A stretch of DNA of 64,000 nucleotides from Escherichia coli (GTDB lineage: Bacteria > Pseudomonadota > Gammaproteobacteria > Enterobacterales > Enterobacteriaceae). A program made the position numbers and the translations under genes. Under the pieces are notes generated by a model. That model had not been told where the DNA came from. It did no database searches and was given only the letters and a program-made list of their open reading frames with translations. The stretch lies in the NCBI RefSeq assembly GCF_003334305.1, contig NZ_QOWS01000015.1; one strand, 5' to 3'. How positions within the stretch are numbered: position 1 is the stretch's first letter; each line of letters begins with the position of its first letter. Positions 29,983 to 39,757 of this stretch are shown here, piece after piece.

Positions 29983-30855
29983 ATGCTGGCGTTTACCTGG
30001 ATCGCGCTGCGATTTATCCATTTCACCTCGCTGATGCTGGTTTTTGGCTTCGCAATGTACGGTGCCTGGCTGGCCCCCTTAACGATTCGTCGCTTGCTGG
30101 CGAAGCGTTTTCTGCGTTTACATCAGCACGCTGCCGTCTGGAGTTTGATCAGTGCCACTGCAATGCTCGCCGTTCAGGGCGGGTTGATGGGAACGGGATG
30201 GGCAGATGTATTTTCGCCAAACATTTGGCAGGCTGTTTTGCAAACGCAGTTTGGTGGCGTCTGGTTATGGCAAATTGTTCTCGCCCTCGTAACGTTGATC
30301 GTCGCCCTTATGCAACCGCGGAATATGCCACGTTTGCTGTTTATGCTCACTACCGCGCAATTTATTCTGCTGGCGGGAATCGGGCATGCGACACTGAATG
30401 AAGGGGTAACGGCGAAAATCCATCAGACTAATCACGCGATTCACCTGATTTGTGCGGCGGCGTGGTTTGGGGGATTACTGCCGGTGCTCTGGTGTATGCA
30501 ACTCATCAAAGGCCGTTGGCGACACCAGGCCATTCAGGCGCTGATGCGTTTTTCCTGGTGCGGGCATTTTGCGGTGATCGGCGTACTGGCAAGCGGCGTG
30601 CTTAATGCATTGTTGATTACCGGATTTCCCCCCACGCTTACGACTTACTGGGGCCAACTCTTATTGCTCAAAGCCATCCTGGTGATGATTATGGTGGTCA
30701 TTGCGCTGGCTAATCGTTATGTTCTTGTACCGCGCATGAGGCAAGATGAAGATCGTGCGGCACCCTGGTTTGAGTGGATGACTAAACTCGAATGGGCGAT
30801 AGGTGCGGTAGTGCTGGTGATCATCAGCCTGCTTGCGACTCTCGAACCTTTTTGA
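29983..30855 (+). CDS. yebZ: CopD-family inner membrane protein
   Basis: 290-aa polytopic membrane protein, 3 nt after yobA. Confidence 0.85.
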   Translation: MLAFTWIALRFIHFTSLMLVFGFAMYGAWLAPLTIRRLLAKRFLRLHQHAAVWSLISATAMLAVQGGLMGTGWADVFSPNIWQAVLQTQFGGVWLWQIVLALVTLIVALMQPRNMPRLLFMLTTAQFILLAGIGHATLNEGVTAKIHQTNHAIHLICAAAWFGGLLPVLWCMQLIKGRWRHQAIQALMRFSWCGHFAVIGVLASGVLNALLITGFPPTLTTYWGQLLLLKAILVMIMVVIALANRYVLVPRMRQDEDRAAPWFEWMTKLEWAIGAVVLVIISLLATLEPF

Positions 30856-30867
30856 TGGATTACGAAA

Positions 30868-31209
30868 ATGATGAAAAAAAGTATTCTGACGTTTCTGTTA
30901 CTCACCAGTTCTGCAGCGGCGCTGGCTGCACCGCAGGTGATTACCGTCAGTCGTTTTGAAGTGGGTAAAGACAAATGGGCGTTTAATCGCGAAGAGGTGA
31001 TGCTGACTTGCAGACCGGGTAATGCTTTGTATGTCATTAACCCAAGTACCCTCGTGCAGTATCCTTTAAACGATATCGCACAAAAGGAAGTTGCCAGTGG
31101 GAAGACTAAAGCCCAACCCATTTCGGTGATTCAGATTGATGATCCTAACAATCCCGGCGAAAAAATGAGTCTGGCACCGTTTATAGAACGAGCTGAAAAA
31201 CTCTGTTAA
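30868..31209 (+). CDS. yebY: DUF2511-family periplasmic protein
   Basis: 113 aa with signal peptide; terminator immediately downstream. Confidence 0.8.
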   Translation: MMKKSILTFLLLTSSAAALAAPQVITVSRFEVGKDKWAFNREEVMLTCRPGNALYVINPSTLVQYPLNDIAQKEVASGKTKAQPISVIQIDDPNNPGEKMSLAPFIERAEKLC

Positions 31210-31243
31210 TTACCTAAAATAGCCTTTTGATTTCCAATAAAAA

Positions 31244-31280
31244 AACCGCCTCAGTTCTTTCACCAGAACGGGCGGTTTTT
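31244..31280. terminator. terminator after yebY (A-run upstream and T-run downstream, so likely bidirectional)
   Basis: AAAAAACCGCC-tcagttctttcaccagaacg-GGCGGTTTTT. Confidence 0.6.
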
Positions 31281-31367
31281 AACATTTCAGCTGATGACCA
31301 CCACGCTTTTTATTGACCATTTTGCACGCAAACTGGAAAACCTGGCGTCGTCATCTATTCTTAAAGG

Positions 31368-31470
31368 GCAAGGCAACTAAGCCTGCATTAATGCCAACTT
31401 TTAGCGCACGGCTCTCTCCCAAGAGCCATTTCCCTGGACCGAATACAGGAATCGTGTTCGGTCTCTTTTT
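31368..31470 (+). ncRNA. sdsR: small regulatory RNA SdsR (RyeB)
   Basis: Sequence recalled as SdsR (GCAAGGCAACTAAGCC...); ends in hairpin GACCGAA-N13-TTCGGTC plus TCTTTTT; lies between yebY and pphA. Confidence 0.6.
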
Positions 31471-31604
31471 ATCTGTTAAAAGCCAGAAGCATTTCCTTCG
31501 CTGACTTTATAGTCAACCATAACACACACTCTACTGTCTGAGTCCAGCGTTTTTTAACATTCTTGTTAAGATTATGTGATCTTTAGCGCGGGAGGAAAAT
31601 ATTG

Positions 31605-32261
31605 ATGAAACAGCCTGCGCCCGTTTATCAGAGAATTGCGGGTCATCAATGGCGACATATCTGGCTTTCTGGCGATATACACGGTTGTCTTGAGCAGTTG
31701 CGCCGCAAATTATGGCATTGTCGTTTTGATCCGTGGCGAGATTTACTTATCTCAGTAGGAGACGTTATCGATCGTGGGCCGCAAAGTTTACGTTGTCTGC
31801 AGTTACTGGAACAACATTGGGTTTGTGCGGTAAGAGGCAATCATGAACAGATGGCGATGGATGCGCTGGCATCCCAGCAGATGTCTTTGTGGTTGATGAA
31901 TGGCGGCGACTGGTTTATTGCGCTGGCAGATAATCAACAGAAACAAGCGAAAACGGCGCTGGAAAAATGTCAGCATTTGCCCTTTATTCTTGAAGTACAC
32001 AGTCGTACCGGCAAACATGTTATTGCTCATGCCGATTATCCAGATGATGTTTATGAATGGCAAAAGGACGTTGATTTGCATCAGGTCTTGTGGAGCCGCT
32101 CGCGATTAGGTGAACGCCAAAAAGGGCAGGGAATTACAGGTGCTGATCATTTCTGGTTTGGTCATACACCGTTGCGACATCGCGTGGATATTGGCAACCT
32201 GCATTATATTGATACCGGTGCTGTCTTTGGGGGCGAACTGACTCTTGTGCAATTGCAATAA
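31605..32261 (+). CDS. pphA: Ser/Thr protein phosphatase 1
   Basis: 218 aa from ATG 31605, with GGAGG at 31591-31595; metallophosphatase motifs GDIHG and GNHE. Confidence 0.85.
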   Translation: MKQPAPVYQRIAGHQWRHIWLSGDIHGCLEQLRRKLWHCRFDPWRDLLISVGDVIDRGPQSLRCLQLLEQHWVCAVRGNHEQMAMDALASQQMSLWLMNGGDWFIALADNQQKQAKTALEKCQHLPFILEVHSRTGKHVIAHADYPDDVYEWQKDVDLHQVLWSRSRLGERQKGQGITGADHFWFGHTPLRHRVDIGNLHYIDTGAVFGGELTLVQLQ

Positions 32262-32453
32262 TTAAAAATCACCATACTCCTGTGCTGGTCGCCAGAAACC
32301 ATCTATAAAATCCTCAATCGGAAAACAACCGCCATGGCGGATCCGTTGATCGCTCATAGAATAAAGACACTGCTGTTCCGTGTTGTAGACATCCACAACA
32401 ATATCTTCACAACCGCCATCCAGGTAGCAAACAAAAAGTACCAGCGCGAACAT
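32262..32453 (-). CDS. yebW: small protein YebW
   Basis: 63-aa product from internal ATG (cat 32451-32453) of the 91-aa track ORF; convergent with and abutting pphA. Confidence 0.6.
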   Translation of the reverse strand: MFALVLFVCYLDGGCEDIVVDVYNTEQQCLYSMSDQRIRHGGCFPIEDFIDGFWRPAQEYGDF

Positions 32454-32557
32454 TTCATCCCCGAAGTGTGGTGCCGTACCGTTAAGTTTAGGAGAGATTT
32501 TACAACGGGGGAATAACCAGGACAAATAACCCGCCATGCCGACGGGTTCTTTTTGGA

Positions 32558-32794
32558 TCAGGCAAGACGCATAATCCAGGCATCAGATTGTTGATCGTAA
32601 CGGGTACGGTAAAGGACAGAGTGTTCGCCATTTAGCAGGGCAGGGATACTGGTTTCAGCATCCCAGGCATCCAGTTGCATACATAAATCGGGGTCAGATT
32701 TACAAGGAATGATTAACGTTCGATCACCTGGCGATTCACCGTGTAATTCGCCGTCGTCGATTTCAAAAGCGCCTATGCGCACACTGGTTTTCAT
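32558..32794 (-). CDS. yebV: small protein YebV
   Basis: 78-aa product from ATG (cat 32792-32794; MKTSVRIGAFEIDDGELHGE). Confidence 0.7.
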   Translation of the reverse strand: MKTSVRIGAFEIDDGELHGESPGDRTLIIPCKSDPDLCMQLDAWDAETSIPALLNGEHSVLYRTRYDQQSDAWIMRLA

Positions 32795-32911
32795 CTTCGT
32801 GCTCTCCATTTAGCTGCCGATTGTGGTACGACCAGTCCGATCGCACCATTTTTCAGCCTAGTTGAGGCAGCCGAATGTGCCAGTCAAAAAGTGCGCTTTT
32901 TTTGTGCGCTG

Positions 32912-34351
32912 TCAGGCGTTACCGGTAAAAAGTTTCCCATCGCGCACCAGTTCACGCGGATAGCTGTTTTTCAATCGCGAACCAATCCGTTTGGCTAAAC
33001 CAATCGGTTGATGCTGGAAAGTAACCAATACATCATCCGCCACTGGCGCGGCTTGCGGGTAAACATCGCGCCCGCGATACCACTCCTCCGCTTCCTGCGG
33101 TGTCAGCTCGAATGCATTCATATTATCGGGTGAGGCAAGAGCAATAACCGCTTCATGCTGCCAGCGATAACCTTTGTTGTGCGTCTCGGCAAGTTTAATC
33201 CCCAACCGAGAAAATCGGACTTTACCGATCAGGGCTTCAATGCCCACCGGGAACAACCACAGTTCTTTGTCACGCTGCCAGAGGCGCAGGTTTTCATCCC
33301 AGTTTAAGCCAACACCTGCAGCCGCCTGACGAATTTGTCCAGCTTCGCGATCTTTCACCGGGCTGAACGGGAAATTGCCCACTTTGTATTTGGGGGCGGG
33401 TAAGGCGGGAATCGCCTGAGTTTTACGCAGACGAGCAACGAAGAAGCCTTCGCAGTCGTAAATTTGTGGGAAAACATGCAAAAAGCCTTCTTCGGTCAGC
33501 GCTTTGTTTGCACCAGGGAAGAGATCGCCAAGTGGTAAAAACTCTACTGCGTCGGGGTAAGTCTCTTTCAGCCACAGGCAAACGGCTTCGTTTTCTTCCT
33601 GGTTTAAGGTACAGGTCGAGTAAACCAGCGTACCACCAGGACGTAATGCATGAAAGGCGCTGTCGATAAGCTCCCGTTGTGTAGCTGCGATTTCCTGATT
33701 GCTTTCTGGTGACCAGTTTTTTAGCGCATCGGGATCTTTACGCACCACGCCTTCGCCAGAGCAGGGAGCGTCCAGCAAAATGGCATCGAACATTTCTGGC
33801 ACTGCCGCACCAAACACGCGGCCATCAAAATGTGTGAGCGCAACATTACTGATGCCACAGCGGCTGATATTGGCATGTAACACTTTTACCCGACTGGCGG
33901 AAAACTCATTGGCAAGGATTGCCCCTTCGTTATTCATCCGCGCGGCAATTTGCGTCGTTTTGGAGCCTGGCGCAGCTGCGACATCCATCACCCGCTGTGG
34001 TGCATTATCGTCAGCAAACAAGGCGGCAACGGGCAACATTGAACTGGCTTCCTGAATATAAAACAGGCCGCTTAAATGCTCGGCGGTACTACCCAATGGC
34101 AATGCATCTTCATTGTCGCGTTCAATCCAGAAACCTTCTTCACACCACGGAATTGGCGTAAGCGTCCAGCCATAAGGAGCGGTTAATTGCAGGAAATCAG
34201 CAACGGAGATTTTCAGCGTATTAACGCGAATGCTGCGGCGCAACGGGCGCTGACAGGCGGCAAGAAAATCATCAAATGAGAGCGTCGAAGGCATCGCTTC
34301 GCGCATTTGTGTCAGAAAGGCGTCCGGGAAATAAACGGTGTGTTGGGCCAC
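32912..34351 (-). CDS. rsmF: 16S rRNA m5C1407 methyltransferase
   Basis: 479-aa product if the GTG at 34349-34351 is used ([13 protein letters not shown]); an in-frame ATG at 34357 would add 2 residues. Confidence 0.9.
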   Translation of the reverse strand: MAQHTVYFPDAFLTQMREAMPSTLSFDDFLAACQRPLRRSIRVNTLKISVADFLQLTAPYGWTLTPIPWCEEGFWIERDNEDALPLGSTAEHLSGLFYIQEASSMLPVAALFADDNAPQRVMDVAAAPGSKTTQIAARMNNEGAILANEFSASRVKVLHANISRCGISNVALTHFDGRVFGAAVPEMFDAILLDAPCSGEGVVRKDPDALKNWSPESNQEIAATQRELIDSAFHALRPGGTLVYSTCTLNQEENEAVCLWLKETYPDAVEFLPLGDLFPGANKALTEEGFLHVFPQIYDCEGFFVARLRKTQAIPALPAPKYKVGNFPFSPVKDREAGQIRQAAAGVGLNWDENLRLWQRDKELWLFPVGIEALIGKVRFSRLGIKLAETHNKGYRWQHEAVIALASPDNMNAFELTPQEAEEWYRGRDVYPQAAPVADDVLVTFQHQPIGLAKRIGSRLKNSYPRELVRDGKLFTGNA

Positions 34352-34430
34352 GAGCATGTACCACTGGCAAAAAAACAGGCGCGCAGTTTAGCATAAACGC
34401 TCCGGCGCAGGCACGCCGGAGCAGTGGGCA

Positions 34431-37064
34431 TTATTTGGGAAGCGCAGTTCCCCATTCACGCCACTCTTTCGGTTCACTTTCCTGCAACAGGAAGTGTTTG
34501 CCTTCCTGGGCTTTCGGTGCCAGTGGCGTACCCGGAGGCGTGGCGAAGGCGATGCCGCCACGGATAAACTGGTTAAAGGTGCCGGTTTTCACTACGCCGC
34601 CCGTCAGACCAAAGTCCAGACTGTAACCCGATGCCAACCAGAAGACGGAATTGTTACGCACCAGGTGTTGATAGCGTTTACTGATGCGCATCGCAATCAT
34701 CACGCGATCTGACAATGTCCCCAGCGTCATTCCTGTAACCGTACCGACTTCCAGACCACGGAACAGCACAGGCGTACCAATACCTAACGAACCGGCTTCC
34801 GGCGCTTCAACAATAATGCTTAAGCCATCCAGGTAACGCGAATCAGTAATGGTGGCCTCTTGTAATTCAAAGTCGCGGCGAGGATTGCCCCGGCCTGGTT
34901 CGACGTTGATATACGGCTGGAGGATAGTATCTAGATGCTCAACGCCCGCGGCTGAAATTTGCGGTGTGACCACCGAGAAGCGCGTACCGCCGCGGGCGAA
35001 GGTCTGGACATACTCCGGATAGAGCACCGCCTTTGCCTGTACTTCATTGCGCGCGGTAATCAGATCCAGCGTCTGGATTTGCCCGATATCAATACCGAGA
35101 TAGCGAATTGGCATCCCGACCGCCAGTTTTCCGGCATCGAAAGCGTGAAGCGTAATCTGCCCACCAACCGCACGGGCCGCTGTTTCGGAAGCATACAGAA
35201 TTCGTTTGTCGCCTTTACGCTGACTGGCGCTGGCACCGCTGAGGTTATCGAAGCTAATGGCTCCCTTTAATGCTCTGGAGAGCGGGGATGCCTGTACGGT
35301 CAGGCCACTACCATTCAGCTGAACTTTCGCCCCGCCTTCTGCCCAGAACACGCTATTGCTGGTCAGAAGGTTGCGATACTCCGGCTTAATATGCAGATCG
35401 ATATCAAACGCGTTAGCTCGCGGACGGACGGTAATAACTTCACCAACTTCAAATTTACGGTACAGCACTACCGATCCTGCCTGCACATCCGGCAGCGTCT
35501 CTGCACTCAAACTCACGGTTGTGGTGGGTAAATCGCTAAGGCTGTTCTCCAGCGCTTTTTCCAGATTGGCATACAGTGGATAGCTGGCTTTCATCTCGCC
35601 TTTATCGCCCGGCAGAATACGTATCCCGCCGTTAATCCATTCTGAGGCGCTGGCACCGAGAAACTCAACGCCATCCAGCCCCACCTTCACGTCGACACGG
35701 CTGTTGACGACAAATTTGCTATCGCCTTTTACCAGTTCTCGATGCTGAGGCTCGATGGCGACGGTAAAGGTGACGCCTTTGCTGGTGAGTTTACGATCGA
35801 TAACCTGGCCTACCTGCACGCCGTGAAGAATGAGCGGCTGACCAGCATCAATACCGTAACTTTCCGGCGCGGTCAGGGTCAGCGTCAGAACATCAGGTTC
35901 ATGCAGCAGTGCTTTTTCGCCTGGCACAACAACGAACTCTTTGCGTGGCTCGCCATCGCCGGGTACCAACTCGAAGGTTTTGCCAGTCAGCAGGGCGCTG
36001 AGATTGGCATCGCTAAGGGATAATTTCGGATTACGTAATTCGATGCGGGTATTTTCACGAAGCAGGGTAACGACGCTGGGATCAACTGTCATTTCCCCAG
36101 TGACTTTACCACCAGGATTTAAATCCAGTTTAGTTAGCTGTCCGACTTCCAGCCCCTGATACATTAACGGCGTCGAGTCGGCGGTCAATCCGGCCCCACT
36201 CGGCAGTTCCAGTTTTATTATTACGCCACGCTGGCTGTGGGCCAGATCTTCATACAGACCAAAGGTATCTTCCGCCTCGGCAGGTTTCGACTCTTCAGGT
36301 GAATCGAAGGCAATCGCACCGTTAACCAGTGCCGCCAGACTTTCCAGTTTCACCTTCGCGCCACTGACACTGACGTTGGCATCAACGCCGGAAACGTTCC
36401 AGAAACGGCTACCTTTTTTCACCAGATCGGTAAAACGCCGCTCGATCAGGACATCAATCACCACGCCTTGCTTGTTGGGATTGATGGCATAGTCGTAGAC
36501 TTTTCCCACCGGGATCTTGCGGAAATAGACCAATGAACCGCTGTTCAGCGAACCGAGATCGGGAGCTTGCAGGTGGATCATCAGATCGCCGTTATCCAGC
36601 CGATACTTCGGTTGGGTATCGAGTGCGACAAAGTGATCCTGCTCTTTACCTTTACCCGGCATCATGCCGATATAGTTCCCACCGACGAGGGCGTCCAGCC
36701 CGGAGACACCTGCCAACGATGCTTTTGGCGTCACCAGCCAGAATTGAGTCTCTTCGCGCAGCGCATCTTTCATATCGGACTTGATGCTGACCTTGACTTC
36801 AATCTTACGAAGATCGTCGCTGAGGCTGATATCCTGCACTGTTCCGACTTCAACGCCCTGATAACGAACAGGCGTACGGCCCGGGACAATACCATCCGCC
36901 GACATAAAGTCGATGGTGACGGTATTACCCCGGTCCTGATAACTGTCCCAAATCAGCCAACCGGCAATCATTAGCGCGATGAACGGCAGCAGCCAGAAAG
37001 GTGAGATACGGCGTTTATTTTTAATCTGCGCTTCAGTCGTCGAAGCGGGCGTTTCCTGACTCAT
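34431..37064 (-). CDS. letB: lipophilic envelope-spanning tunnel protein (seven tandem MCE domains)
   Basis: 877-aa product from ATG (cat 37062-37064; [10 protein letters not shown]); repeated MCE-like segments visible in the translation; start overlaps the letA 3' end by 32 nt. Confidence 0.9.
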   Translation of the reverse strand: MSQETPASTTEAQIKNKRRISPFWLLPFIALMIAGWLIWDSYQDRGNTVTIDFMSADGIVPGRTPVRYQGVEVGTVQDISLSDDLRKIEVKVSIKSDMKDALREETQFWLVTPKASLAGVSGLDALVGGNYIGMMPGKGKEQDHFVALDTQPKYRLDNGDLMIHLQAPDLGSLNSGSLVYFRKIPVGKVYDYAINPNKQGVVIDVLIERRFTDLVKKGSRFWNVSGVDANVSVSGAKVKLESLAALVNGAIAFDSPEESKPAEAEDTFGLYEDLAHSQRGVIIKLELPSGAGLTADSTPLMYQGLEVGQLTKLDLNPGGKVTGEMTVDPSVVTLLRENTRIELRNPKLSLSDANLSALLTGKTFELVPGDGEPRKEFVVVPGEKALLHEPDVLTLTLTAPESYGIDAGQPLILHGVQVGQVIDRKLTSKGVTFTVAIEPQHRELVKGDSKFVVNSRVDVKVGLDGVEFLGASASEWINGGIRILPGDKGEMKASYPLYANLEKALENSLSDLPTTTVSLSAETLPDVQAGSVVLYRKFEVGEVITVRPRANAFDIDLHIKPEYRNLLTSNSVFWAEGGAKVQLNGSGLTVQASPLSRALKGAISFDNLSGASASQRKGDKRILYASETAARAVGGQITLHAFDAGKLAVGMPIRYLGIDIGQIQTLDLITARNEVQAKAVLYPEYVQTFARGGTRFSVVTPQISAAGVEHLDTILQPYINVEPGRGNPRRDFELQEATITDSRYLDGLSIIVEAPEAGSLGIGTPVLFRGLEVGTVTGMTLGTLSDRVMIAMRISKRYQHLVRNNSVFWLASGYSLDFGLTGGVVKTGTFNQFIRGGIAFATPPGTPLAPKAQEGKHFLLQESEPKEWREWGTALPK

Positions 37065-38316
37065 GTGCATCCCAAAGTAAGCGGCTGTCCAGCCATTCCA
37101 CAGCAAGAATAGTCAAAATTACCGCTGCGCCGAAATAAAACGCAGCCGGTCCCATAGTAAAAGCGAGGATCTGATCGCGATTAATCAGCGACATGGTTAA
37201 AGATATGACAAACAGGTCGAGCATCGACCAGCGACCAATCCAGGTCACCATCCGCAGTAACAGAATGCGTGTGCGTAAACCTTGCTGGCATTTAAAATGA
37301 ATGCTCAACAGTAAAGTGAACATGACGATCACTTTAGTAAACGGTACCAGAATACTGGCGATAAACACGATTCCCGCAACCGCAATGTTGCTACTTGCCA
37401 GCGACATAATTCCGGAAAGAATTGTATCTTCCTGCCGTCCTCCGTTCAGATAAATGATAGAAATAGGCAACAGGTTGGCAGGTAACAACAAAACGATTGA
37501 CGCTAACAGCGCCGCCCAGCATTTTTGCAAACTATGACGGCGACGCAGGCGTAGCGGGATATGGCAACGCGGGCAGCGACCACGCTGATCAGGATAGCCG
37601 GTAAAATGGCACCCAAGACAGACACGAAGTTTCTCGTCCCTACGCGTAGCGGGGCGCTGCGGATAAAATCGCTCCCACAGCTCCTCGACATTAAGATGTG
37701 ACAACGTCACCGTCGTTAAAATCACCAACGCCACAAAAGAGAACAAGCCGACACCCGCCTGGATATGGGCATAATCCTGTACCTTTATAGAAGCAACGCC
37801 AATGCCGACCAGGTAGATATCCAGCATTACCCACTCTTTAAGTCGCTCAAGCATCAGCAGTACCGGACGTAAATTCATTCCCAGTCGGTTACCAAACCAT
37901 AAATATGCTATGGAGGACACCAGAATGAGGGGGGCACCAATAACGCAGAAAAAGACCATCGCCCCCGTTATCGTATCGCCCTGTTTGGTCATTTGCCAGA
38001 TGCCTTGCATGACGTTGGCGTCGATACGAATACCTAACAGCCAGATATGCAACAGCGGTTCGCCCCAGGCAAACGGCATCAGCAACAGCATGGTGAAAGC
38101 CATTGCCGCCAGGCGCGTTAGCGACCAGTCGCGCCCGTCGCGAATTTTTGCCTGACAGCGCGGACAATAGGCACTCTGATGAGAATTTATCTCGGGCAGG
38201 CTAAACAGCATGTCACATTGCGGGCAACGTTGGTAATCACCACGCGGCAGTTCCTCGCCGATTGCCCTCACTGTTATCTTTTTTGTCGGCGTAATTTGTG
38301 GTGTGTTAAGAGCCAT
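37033..38316 (-). CDS. letA: PqiA-like inner membrane protein LetA
   Basis: 427 aa; two Cys4 zinc-ribbon-like motifs (CPQCD..CPRCQ; CLGCH..CPRCH) plus hydrophobic segments. Confidence 0.9.
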   Translation of the reverse strand: MALNTPQITPTKKITVRAIGEELPRGDYQRCPQCDMLFSLPEINSHQSAYCPRCQAKIRDGRDWSLTRLAAMAFTMLLLMPFAWGEPLLHIWLLGIRIDANVMQGIWQMTKQGDTITGAMVFFCVIGAPLILVSSIAYLWFGNRLGMNLRPVLLMLERLKEWVMLDIYLVGIGVASIKVQDYAHIQAGVGLFSFVALVILTTVTLSHLNVEELWERFYPQRPATRRDEKLRVCLGCHFTGYPDQRGRCPRCHIPLRLRRRHSLQKCWAALLASIVLLLPANLLPISIIYLNGGRQEDTILSGIMSLASSNIAVAGIVFIASILVPFTKVIVMFTLLLSIHFKCQQGLRTRILLLRMVTWIGRWSMLDLFVISLTMSLINRDQILAFTMGPAAFYFGAAVILTILAVEWLDSRLLWDAHESGNARFDD

Positions 38317-38445
38317 GACGTGCCAAATGTAATAAGAATTAACATTAATATTAACCCATGATTGGAATGATCTTGAGCATTAACGCATTTAATGCTTATT
38401 TTAATAGGCTGGCAGTTCCAGGTAAGACAACCAAGTGATTATATA

Positions 38446-38943
38446 ATGAACAAAACAGAATTTTACGCGGATTTAAATCGCGACTTTAACGCGCTGATGG
38501 CGGGAGAAACCAGTTTTCTGGCAACGCTTGCGAACACCAGTGCGTTGTTATACGAGCGTCTCACTGACGTAAACTGGGCAGGTTTTTATTTGCTTGAGGA
38601 CGATACACTGGTACTAGGACCATTTCAGGGCAAAATTGCCTGTGTCCGGATACCCGTCGGGCGCGGGGTGTGCGGCACTGCGGTTGCCCGCAATCAAGTG
38701 CAGCGTATCGAGGATGTTCACGCGTTTGACGGGCATATTGCCTGTGATGCGGCGAGTAATTCTGAAATTGTTCTGCCGCTGGTGGTGAAAAATCAGATTA
38801 TTGGTGTTCTTGACATCGATAGTACCGTCTTCGGTCGCTTTACAGACGAGGACGAGCAAGGCTTACGTCAGCTTGTGGCACAGCTTGAAAAAGTGCTTGC
38901 AACGACGGATTACAAAAAATTCTTTGCGAGCGTCGCAGGATAA
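38446..38943 (+). CDS. msrC: free methionine-(R)-sulfoxide reductase (GAF domain)
   Basis: 165-aa product from ATG 38446 (MNKTEFYADLNRDF); the track ORF starts upstream at 38392. Confidence 0.85.
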   Translation: MNKTEFYADLNRDFNALMAGETSFLATLANTSALLYERLTDVNWAGFYLLEDDTLVLGPFQGKIACVRIPVGRGVCGTAVARNQVQRIEDVHAFDGHIACDAASNSEIVLPLVVKNQIIGVLDIDSTVFGRFTDEDEQGLRQLVAQLEKVLATTDYKKFFASVAG

Positions 38944-39039
38944 TCAACGGATAACGTAGCATTTACTGGTAGCGTCATTATAATGACGCCTGTTCATGCC
39001 TGCGCTTGTTGGCTACGTCCGTTGTAATCAGGAAATTTC

Positions 39040-39738
39040 ATGGAAAATCAACCTAAGTTGAATAGCAGTAAAGAAGTAATCGCGTTTCTGGCCGAACGTT
39101 TTCCCCACTGTTTCAGTGCGGAAGGTGAAGCGCGTCCGCTGAAAATCGGTATTTTTCAGGATTTGGTCGATCGTGTTGCCGGGGAAATGAACCTGAGCAA
39201 AACGCAATTACGATCCGCTTTACGTCTCTACACTTCGAGCTGGCGTTATCTTTACGGTGTTAAACCCGGCGCAACGCGTGTCGATCTTGACGGCAACCCA
39301 TGCGGTGAGCTGGACGAGCAACATGTAGAGCATGCTCGCAAGCAGCTTGAAGAAGCGAAAGCGCGTGTTCAGGCACAGCGTGCTGAACAGCAAGCGAAAA
39401 AACGCGAAGCTGCCGCAGCTGCTGGTGAGAAAGAAGACGCACCGCGCCGCGAACGCAAGCCACGTCCGACCACGCCACGCCGCAAAGAAGGCGCTGAACG
39501 TAAACCTCGTGCGCAAAAGCCGGTAGAGAAAGCGCCAAAAACAGTAAAAGCACCTCGCGAAGAACAGCACACCCCGGTTTCTGACATTTCAGCTCTGACT
39601 GTCGGACAAGCCCTGAAGGTGAAAGCGGGTCAAAACGCGATGGATGCCACCGTATTAGAAATCACCAAAGACGGCGTCCGCGTCCAGCTGAATTCGGGTA
39701 TGTCTTTGATTGTGCGCGCAGAACACCTGGTGTTCTGA
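39040..39738 (+). CDS. proQ: RNA chaperone ProQ
   Basis: 232 aa; FinO-like N-terminus, Lys/Arg/Ala-rich linker, C-terminal domain. Confidence 0.95.
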
Positions 39739-39757
39739 AACGGAGGCCGGGCCAGGC

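Larger units (their letters stand above)
31240..31510 (-). ncRNA. ryeA: cis-antisense sRNA RyeA (SraC), approximate boundaries
   Basis: Established antisense partner of SdsR; the minus-strand hairpin at 31245-31276 is followed by a T-run (A-run 31238-31245 on plus); 5' end not determinable from sequence. Confidence 0.35.

Noticed and set aside
32810-32911. Possible terminator or regulatory element in the rsmF-yebV spacer (repeated GTGCGCT flanking a T-run)
   Set aside because: The repeat is direct rather than inverted, so it does not form a convincing hairpin; more likely part of the yebV promoter. Not reported as a feature.
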